This document shows, piece after piece, positions 25,749 through 32,000 of a stretch of 32,000 nucleotides of DNA. Position 1 is the stretch's first letter, and every line of letters starts with the position of its first letter. Source of the stretch: Candidatus Nanosynbacter sp. BB002. GTDB lineage: Bacteria; Patescibacteriota; Saccharimonadia; Saccharimonadales; Saccharimonadaceae. Under the pieces are notes generated by a model that ran no database searches, was not told the DNA's origin, and saw only the letters and a program-made list of their open reading frames with translations. A program made the translations under genes and the position numbers. The stretch spans positions 690,001 to 722,000 of the forward strand of contig NZ_CP146064.1 of NCBI RefSeq assembly GCF_037013405.1, given 5' to 3'.

Positions 25749-28295
25749 TTATAACAGTTCACGCACTAGGTTAATATACATTAACGAGATACCTTCTTCG
25801 CGCATGATTTTTAAGAAAGAAGTCTTATCAGTGCACACAGGACTTTCTTGATCAATTAAGATAAGTTCCCTCAGATTACTATTTTCGTGAATTATTTTTG
25901 CTAAACTACAATCAATCCCCGCTCTAATAAGAGCAATTTTAAAGTCATTATCAGTGCCATACTTTATACGTTTATAAAACGATTCATCGACTACACCAAA
26001 ATCATTTAATATCTCAAGAAATGGAATAATATAATGGTCAACATTATCAAGATTCTCCTTAGCTAAAGCAGCCGCATAGCTTGGCATTAAATTTTGGGTC
26101 TGCTGCTGAAATATATGATATTTATTCCACAATCCGGTTTTACCATCGATACCACAACTTCCTATATCGCCAACATATACTGGGTTTCCGATTTCACCAC
26201 GCCATATAGAAACGTACCTTGCAATTAGTGTAGAAAAGCTGGATTCATTATCAGCTTTTTCGTCAATAATTCTTATATAAATATCCCTTATAAACGGCTT
26301 TGTGTATAGTAAATATATCCAATTCCCATACTTATGTTTGTCGATTCTGAGATCTGTCTGATATGTCACCTCAAGAAAAACACTGATAATCGTATTTAAT
26401 AACTTATCACCATTATCAATTATTTGAGTATCCAAGAGGCGCTCCACCTTTTTAGAGATGATTTGTTCATATTTCACAATATCAAATATTTTCACGTTAT
26501 GGGCATAACACTTAGCACCTAGTTTAGTCTGCGCTAATAATGGTTTTAGGTTGTTAATTTGCGAATACATACCTCCTCTTGTTTTGTCTATATTTGCAAG
26601 TATGTTAACTTCATCAACAATTCTAGACTCCTTATCGCTTCCTTTATAAGAAGCAAGGAGCGGGTTATTGATACTGTCCTCAACCATGACTCCTTCCTTG
26701 GCATGCTCCGATAAGAATTTACTAGCATTTGCCCTCTTCGCCATATAATCGTCATTCTTAATTATATATATTTCTGGTGTTAATAATTCCATTCTTGGGT
26801 TTGTCAAATCAAAGATTATGTTATAACGACCCACCCTGCCCACTAAATTTCTGAAGTCAGGAATATCCAAGCATTTAGCCCCCTTGGAATAGTTCATTAA
26901 GAATAATTTACTTGCAGGAATATTCACACCTTCGAGTAACGTACTCGTAGTAACAATGAATCTAATCTCAGGAATATTACGATACAAGAACTCCACATAT
27001 TCCTTAATAGTGTCCGGTATCTTACCGTGACTGATAACTATGCCGTGTTTAACGAGCTTTATTAGATTATAGGAAGGATGGACATAACTTGATAATATAT
27101 TACATGCATCATCAATTATAACTTGACTTTCGGGGCTGTATTTAATTTCTGGCGCCCTAGCAGCTAGCGCATCGGCGAGTTTTTCAACTCCGCTTGGCTT
27201 ATTAATATAAATAATATTTTTATCCCCACCTCTACTAAATAATATTTGGTAATAATCTGTAGACGATTCAGTTACTTCGTAAAAATTTGCCGTAAACTGA
27301 TCAAATAGAGCCAACCGTTGACTATTATTATCCCAAAGAAAATAACGTGGTATTTTCATATACTCAGTAATTTTTCTTGACTGTATTTCTTCTGAATTCT
27401 GCCCATCGCCTACAAGGCGTAGACTTGATATTGGATCTACAATAAAAGGAGAATAGTAATCGATATCCACGCTTGATTTTCTATTACTAGCAATAATAAT
27501 CGCCCTTGAGAGAGTTAAGAATCTATCATCATCTTTAAATAAATTATGAGATTCATCAATAAATAGATAGTCTATTATTAACTCATCATGTTTCGCCAAT
27601 AATGCCATTAGTCGCTCCTGCGTTAACACAGCAATGAATTGGCTATGTTTGTATTTTTCAACATACATATCAGGATGAGTTATAACATCGGTTCGATTTC
27701 CTTTTATATTTAACACCATCGATACCGTTTGATTTATCAATGATTTAGTGGGCACAACTATACAAACAGACAAGCCGTCATTGAATTTTTCAACAGATTT
27801 AGACACCATCAAATGAGATTTGCCATAAGAAGTTGGCGCGACAACAGCAAGATTAGAGAAGTTTCTAACGCTACGACCCAGTCTAAATTGTTGCTCTGAT
27901 TTATAATATTCCTCCTTGTACGATTCTGCTAGCGACTTATTGAATAGGCTATCCATGTCATCTATAGTCTCCGATTCTGTTATGTAATTATGCTGCGTAG
28001 CTTTTATGAGCATAAGAACAGGATAGTATCGTAATAAGCTAGCAAAATCAGATAACACATAAAAATCCTTGCTAAGAAGCCCGTAGTTTAGGGCCATTGA
28101 ATATGCCATTTTTTGCACATCCTCATCACCATAAAGTGAAAAATAGTTTAGGATTCTATACGTAAATTGCATCTCATCCCAAGTTAGACGTTGTCTCAAT
28201 ATTATTTTTTTGTATACTTTAGCAAATAAGAAATTATGATCCTTAGATTTTCTTGTTAATACCGACCTTAAAGAGCTAAGGGTAATCTTATACAT
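25749..28295 (-). CDS. superfamily-2 DExH helicase, Ski2/Hel308-like core; HamB-like candidate
   Basis: Motif I VVAPTSYGKS (27816-27839), Ia VVPTKSLINQ, II FIDESH (DESH at 27546-27557), IVa/V SHGKIPDTIKEYVEFLY ... VTTSTLLEGVNIPA, VI NLVGRVGR. Start at ATG 28295, 5 nt after AGGAGG (28301-28306); the track start is an upstream TTG. Confidence 0.8.
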   Translation of the reverse strand: MYKITLSSLRSVLTRKSKDHNFLFAKVYKKIILRQRLTWDEMQFTYRILNYFSLYGDEDVQKMAYSMALNYGLLSKDFYVLSDFASLLRYYPVLMLIKATQHNYITESETIDDMDSLFNKSLAESYKEEYYKSEQQFRLGRSVRNFSNLAVVAPTSYGKSHLMVSKSVEKFNDGLSVCIVVPTKSLINQTVSMVLNIKGNRTDVITHPDMYVEKYKHSQFIAVLTQERLMALLAKHDELIIDYLFIDESHNLFKDDDRFLTLSRAIIIASNRKSSVDIDYYSPFIVDPISSLRLVGDGQNSEEIQSRKITEYMKIPRYFLWDNNSQRLALFDQFTANFYEVTESSTDYYQILFSRGGDKNIIYINKPSGVEKLADALAARAPEIKYSPESQVIIDDACNILSSYVHPSYNLIKLVKHGIVISHGKIPDTIKEYVEFLYRNIPEIRFIVTTSTLLEGVNIPASKLFLMNYSKGAKCLDIPDFRNLVGRVGRYNIIFDLTNPRMELLTPEIYIIKNDDYMAKRANASKFLSEHAKEGVMVEDSINNPLLASYKGSDKESRIVDEVNILANIDKTRGGMYSQINNLKPLLAQTKLGAKCYAHNVKIFDIVKYEQIISKKVERLLDTQIIDNGDKLLNTIISVFLEVTYQTDLRIDKHKYGNWIYLLYTKPFIRDIYIRIIDEKADNESSFSTLIARYVSIWRGEIGNPVYVGDIGSCGIDGKTGLWNKYHIFQQQTQNLMPSYAAALAKENLDNVDHYIIPFLEILNDFGVVDESFYKRIKYGTDNDFKIALIRAGIDCSLAKIIHENSNLRELILIDQESPVCTDKTSFLKIMREEGISLMYINLVRELL

Positions 28296-29118
28296 CAGAC
28301 CCTCCTTCAATTCCTAAGAAATCGATAATATCATCAAACATCTTACGATGAATACAGATAATTATAAAATTGTCAAAACACTCTGTCTTCTTTATGTCAT
28401 CAATTTTCCTAATAATATCTTTCGCATCTGTTATATCATAAGCAAAATCCCCAAAATTAACTGCCATAAGAATTGCGTTACGGTTAGTCCCCTCCCGTTG
28501 ATAAACCATACTTCTACTGTTAGACAGTAACTTGGTCAACTCTATTTTTTTCTCCGACGCAAATATTACCGCCACCTCTGCCTTAGCAGCCTCCCATCTA
28601 TATCGAGTGGATGCCTTTCCTTCCGACATAATATTATCAAAGTAGTTCTTAAGGCCCTTGCTCGCCCTATTAATTAGCTCTTCGCGATTAGTTTTTTCAA
28701 CTAACCCAGATTTTACCTCGCCATACCATATTTTTTTACGGTCCTTGTCATAAAAATTTAAATCAAAACCTGGCTTTATATTCCGATTTTGAAGTGCAAA
28801 TATTCTACTCATGCTTTCAGCTGAAAAATCTAAATAGTTTGAAGCTAGAATATGCATCAATAACTCACCAATAACCCCGTACTTGCCTTCTTCGTCTTTA
28901 CGACTCATTAGATTTTCATACATCTGCCTACAAGCAGCTTGGTAGGTATATTCATCAGGCTCAATAGCAATAGGCTCTGTGCCATAGCAGACCTCTGCCA
29001 ATTTAACCCTTATCATTTCTTTAAGGTCTTCAAAATGATGATCATTAATATTTAGTATTCTATACTTTACATGACCGTATTCATCTTTCACACACAATAT
29101 ATCGTCAGATAAAGACAT
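28288..29118 (-). CDS. PD-(D/E)xK nuclease-like protein; HamA (DUF1837)-like candidate
   Basis: GE85LLMH helix, GFD119, then YGE134VK136SG (28711-28764) gives an E...D...ExK constellation. 276 aa, sits directly upstream of and overlaps the helicase gene. No other domain recognised. Confidence 0.6.
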   Translation of the reverse strand: MSLSDDILCVKDEYGHVKYRILNINDHHFEDLKEMIRVKLAEVCYGTEPIAIEPDEYTYQAACRQMYENLMSRKDEEGKYGVIGELLMHILASNYLDFSAESMSRIFALQNRNIKPGFDLNFYDKDRKKIWYGEVKSGLVEKTNREELINRASKGLKNYFDNIMSEGKASTRYRWEAAKAEVAVIFASEKKIELTKLLSNSRSMVYQREGTNRNAILMAVNFGDFAYDITDAKDIIRKIDDIKKTECFDNFIIICIHRKMFDDIIDFLGIEGGSDV

Positions 29119-29125
29119 TCTACTG

Positions 29126-29195
29126 AATATACTCCATATATAATCTTTTTATCTAAAATAAAAGATTTAATTCAATTATATGACTTATTATATCA
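29126..29195 (-). promoter_or_regulatory. promoter region of the island operon: TATATT 7 nt upstream of ATG 29118, and/or an upstream extended -10 TGaTATAAT (29187-29195)
   Basis: Minus strand reads TATATT cagtaga ATG (29131-29116). Further upstream is TTGTAC-N15-TATAAT, with the spacer ending in the extended -10 TGa. Which one is used cannot be decided from sequence. Confidence 0.4.
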
Positions 29196-29240
29196 TTTTA
29201 GTGATTAGTACAACTGAATGCTAACTTTGTCAGCGTACAC

Positions 29241-31238
29241 TCACTCAGCAAACTGACTATTATACAGCTCGGCATAAAAGCCATTTTTCTTCAGCAGTTC
29301 GTCGTGCTTGCCTTGCTCGATGATGTTGCCGTCGCGGACGACCAAGATCAAATCAGCGTCGCGGATGGTACTCAGGCGGTGGGCGATGACGAAGCTAGTC
29401 TTACCCTGCATCAACTTGTCCATGGCTTTTTGGATGAGCACTTCAGTGCGGGTGTCGACCGAGCTGGTGGCTTCGTCCAAAATCAGCATTGGCGTGCGCG
29501 CCAGCATCGCCCGGGCAATCGTCAGCAGCTGCTTTTCGCCCTGTGAAATGTTCGTTGCTTCCTCGCCCAGCACCATATCGTAGCCGCCCGGCAGCGACCG
29601 CACGAAGTGGTCGACATGCGCCTCCTTGGCGGTAGCGACCATCTCTTCTTCGCTGGCCGTTGGATTGCCGTAGAGCAAATTTTGGCGAATCGTGCCGTTG
29701 AATAGCCAAGTATCCTGCAGCACCATGCCAAACATTTGCCGCACGTCGCTGCGCTTCATGTTGGCGATATTGACGCCATCAATTTTGATCGCGCCGCTGT
29801 TAATTTCATAAAATCGCATCAGCAAATTAACCAGCGTCGTTTTGCCTGCGCCCGTCGGACCGACGATCGCCACGCGCTGACCTGGCTTGATGTGCGCCGA
29901 CAAACCTTTGATGATGGTTTGGTCGGGTTGGTAGCCAAAGACTACGTTGTCAAATTCGACTTCGCCCTTGACGTGCGTCAATTTTACCAAATCCCTACTC
30001 TCCGCCTTTTCTTCCAGCTCGTCCAAAAATTCAAACACGCGCTCGGCGGCAGCGGCGGTCGATTGCAGCACATTGGCGATATTAGCAACTTGCACCAGCG
30101 GCTGGTTAAATTGGTCGATGTACTGGATGAATGCCTGAATGTCACCGATTTTCAGCCGGCCGTTAATCGCCAGCCAACCGCCCAAAATCGCCATGATGAC
30201 GTAGCCGATGTTGCCGATGAAATTCATGATCGGATAAATCAGCCCCGACAAAAATTGGGCTTTCCAGGCGCTTTCCTGTAACTGATCATTCACCCGCGAA
30301 AACTTAGCCAGCGACTTTTTCTGGCCGTTGAATACGCGCATCACTTGATGGCCGCCGTACATTTCTTCGATGTGGCCATTCAATTCACCCAGCTGCGTCT
30401 GTTGACGGAGGAATTGTTTTTGCGAGCTTTTGGCGATCAGCGTCACTGCGCCGCCAGCCAGCGGCAACACCAGTAGCGCTACCAGCGACATTTGCCAGCT
30501 GATGGAAAACATCATCACCAAAATCCCCAGCACCATCACCGTTGAGGAGACGATTTGCGATAGGCTTTGATTGAGCGTCTGGCTGATAGTGTCAACATCG
30601 TTAGTGACGCGGCTGAGAACTTCGCCGTAGGTTTGCTTGTCAAAATAACTCAGCGGCAGGCGGTTGATTTTCTCGGACAATTGCCGGCGCATTCTGAAAG
30701 TAACTGTCTGCGTCACTTGGGTCATCAGCCAGGTTTGGATGTAGCGAAAAATGGCGCTAAGTATGTACAGACCGATCAGCAAACTGACGACCTGCCAAAC
30801 GGCATCAAAGTGAAATTCTGGACGCCGGCTGAGATCCAGCTTTTTGATGGTCTCGAGCTGGTTGGATGGAATTTGGCTTTCAATTTCCGACTTGTTCGGC
30901 AGACGCTTCAAAATATCAGCACCAGTCGTGCCAGCCGGCAATGAAGCACCCTTTGGCAGCTTGCTGGTGATGGTCTCATACGCCTTCATGCTGACATAAT
31001 CTTCGACGATTTGGTTGGTAGCGCCGCCCAAAATTTTCGGACTGATAATCGCGAAAGTCGTACTACCGACTGCAAAGATCGCCACCATGAGCATGTGCCA
31101 GCGGAATTCTGCCAAATATTTAGCTAACTTCTTGACCGTGCCTTTGAAATCTTTGGCTTTTTCGCCCGCGCCCATACCGCCGCCCATTGGACCGCCCATC
31201 TTCACTGGCTGGCGTTTTTTCATGCTTTGTTGAGCCAT
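29241..31238 (-). CDS. ABC exporter fused permease/ATPase, subunit with the consensus catalytic site
   Basis: Six-TM exporter domain, Walker A GPTGAGKTT, Walker B LILDEATSSVD (catalytic Glu present), atypical signature ISQGEKQ. Start at MAQQSMKK (ATG 31238), sharing one base with the upstream TAA. Confidence 0.85.
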   Translation of the reverse strand: MAQQSMKKRQPVKMGGPMGGGMGAGEKAKDFKGTVKKLAKYLAEFRWHMLMVAIFAVGSTTFAIISPKILGGATNQIVEDYVSMKAYETITSKLPKGASLPAGTTGADILKRLPNKSEIESQIPSNQLETIKKLDLSRRPEFHFDAVWQVVSLLIGLYILSAIFRYIQTWLMTQVTQTVTFRMRRQLSEKINRLPLSYFDKQTYGEVLSRVTNDVDTISQTLNQSLSQIVSSTVMVLGILVMMFSISWQMSLVALLVLPLAGGAVTLIAKSSQKQFLRQQTQLGELNGHIEEMYGGHQVMRVFNGQKKSLAKFSRVNDQLQESAWKAQFLSGLIYPIMNFIGNIGYVIMAILGGWLAINGRLKIGDIQAFIQYIDQFNQPLVQVANIANVLQSTAAAAERVFEFLDELEEKAESRDLVKLTHVKGEVEFDNVVFGYQPDQTIIKGLSAHIKPGQRVAIVGPTGAGKTTLVNLLMRFYEINSGAIKIDGVNIANMKRSDVRQMFGMVLQDTWLFNGTIRQNLLYGNPTASEEEMVATAKEAHVDHFVRSLPGGYDMVLGEEATNISQGEKQLLTIARAMLARTPMLILDEATSSVDTRTEVLIQKAMDKLMQGKTSFVIAHRLSTIRDADLILVVRDGNIIEQGKHDELLKKNGFYAELYNSQFAE

Positions 31239-32000
31239 TACGCCGCTCCTTTCGCGGTCGTCACCGACATTTTCTGCAGGTCGTCTTCTGAGAGCTGGGA
31301 AGCAGCAATTTCTTGATAGACTTGGCAATTTTTCATCAATTCCTGGTGAGTGCCCTGACCGACAATTTTACCTTCGTCCAGCACGATGATTTTGTCAGCG
31401 TTCATGATGGTATTGATGCGCTGACCGACGATGAGCACAGTTTTATGCTTGGTTTCTTTTGCCAGTGCCGAGCGTAATTTAGCGTCAGTCTTGAAATCCA
31501 GCGCCGAGAACGAATCGTCAAAAATGTAGACATTCGGCTCCACAGCAATCGCCCGGGCAATCGACAAACGCTGCCGTTGACCACCGGAAACATTGCTGCC
31601 GCCTTGAGCGATGTCATTTTTGTAACCGTTTTTTAGCTCGCTGATGAACTCGGTAGCTTGCGCGATTTTAGCGGATTTTTCGACCAATTTTTGGCTGGCT
31701 TTGGCGTTGCCGTACTTGATATTGCTGGCGATCGTCCCGCTAAACAACACACCCTTTTGCGGTACGTAGCCGATTTGATCGTACAAATCTTCCAACTTGA
31801 GCTGGCGAATATCCACGCCATCCAGCAAAATCTGCCCCGCCGACACATCGTAAAAGCGCGGGATCAAATTGATCAACGTCGATTTGCCCGAGCCAGTACT
31901 GCCAATGAACGCTGTGGTTTGCCCTGGTTCGGCCGTGAAATTGATACTTGAGAGCACCGGCAAGTCAGCGTCTGGATAGGTAAAAGTGACGTCTTTGAAT
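31238..32000 (-). CDS. ABC exporter fused permease/ATPase, partner subunit (NBD only; gene continues beyond the right edge)
   Basis: The reading frame stays open to the window edge (FKDVTFTYPDADLPVLSS...). Walker A GSTGSGKST, signature VSGGQRQR, Walker B YIFDDSFSALD with Asp in place of the catalytic Glu. Confidence 0.85.
   Translation of the reverse strand, partial: FKDVTFTYPDADLPVLSSINFTAEPGQTTAFIGSTGSGKSTLINLIPRFYDVSAGQILLDGVDIRQLKLEDLYDQIGYVPQKGVLFSGTIASNIKYGNAKASQKLVEKSAKIAQATEFISELKNGYKNDIAQGGSNVSGGQRQRLSIARAIAVEPNVYIFDDSFSALDFKTDAKLRSALAKETKHKTVLIVGQRINTIMNADKIIVLDEGKIVGQGTHQELMKNCQVYQEIAASQLSEDDLQKMSVTTAKGAA

Larger units (their letters stand above)
25670..29240. other. low-GC genomic island carrying a two-gene nuclease-helicase operon (putative defence island)
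   Basis: Hand counts: lines 26281-26340 and 27481-27540 are both 18/60 G+C, against 33/60 (29521-29580) and 47/60 (25441-25500) in the flanks. The composition switch coincides with the gene boundaries. Confidence 0.65.

Noticed and set aside
29121-29220. ACTGAAT occurring twice to the right of the island, as possible att-site remnants
   Set aside because: It is only 7 nt, both copies are on the same side of the island, and there is no counterpart at the left junction.
29736-30281. 181-aa plus-strand ORF, together with other plus-strand ORFs at 29304-31233
   Set aside because: Antisense to the ABC exporter gene. The Arg/Gln-rich composition is typical of shadow frames in GC-richer coding DNA.
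1-32000. Scan for tRNA, rRNA, CRISPR repeats, IS elements or integrases, and long tandem repeats
   Set aside because: Intergenic spaces are short, at most about 300 nt. None shows tRNA-like T-arm sequence, regularly spaced repeats or transposase-like ORFs. This was done by eye only, so short or degenerate elements could have been missed.

Overview
Gene-dense bacterial chromosomal window, nearly all coding, with stop/start overlaps at many gene junctions. All calls rest on motif recognition in the supplied translations and on reading the DNA; no database search was run. Housekeeping content: a MurC-like ligase, a trmB-NUDIX-MazG operon, aspS, MscS, a VIT1-type transporter, two CorA paralogs around an ABC-2 exporter, a DsbA-like oxidoreductase and a heterodimeric ABC exporter. 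There is also a complete arginine deiminase operon, arcA-arcB-(YfcC/DcuC-type carrier)-arcC. The compact layout plus the ADI operon resembles a reduced-genome, Saccharibacteria/TM7-like organism, but that is inference only. The standout is a sharply AT-rich island of about 3.5 kb (about 25.7-29.2 kb). Sampled 60-nt lines there are 18/60 G+C, against 33/60 and 47/60 in the flanks. It holds one two-gene operon: a 276-aa protein with a full PD-(D/E)xK nuclease constellation, translationally coupled to an 848-aa Ski2/Hel308-like DExH helicase. This most resembles a Hachiman-type (HamA/HamB) anti-phage module, with large unassigned helicase extensions. A second recurring signal is that most operon-first genes have a (TGn)TAnnnT -10 box only 6-9 nt upstream of the start codon. 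That implies leaderless or near-leaderless mRNAs, whereas internal genes use AGGAGG-type ribosome-binding sites. No tRNA, rRNA, CRISPR array, transposase or integrase was seen.
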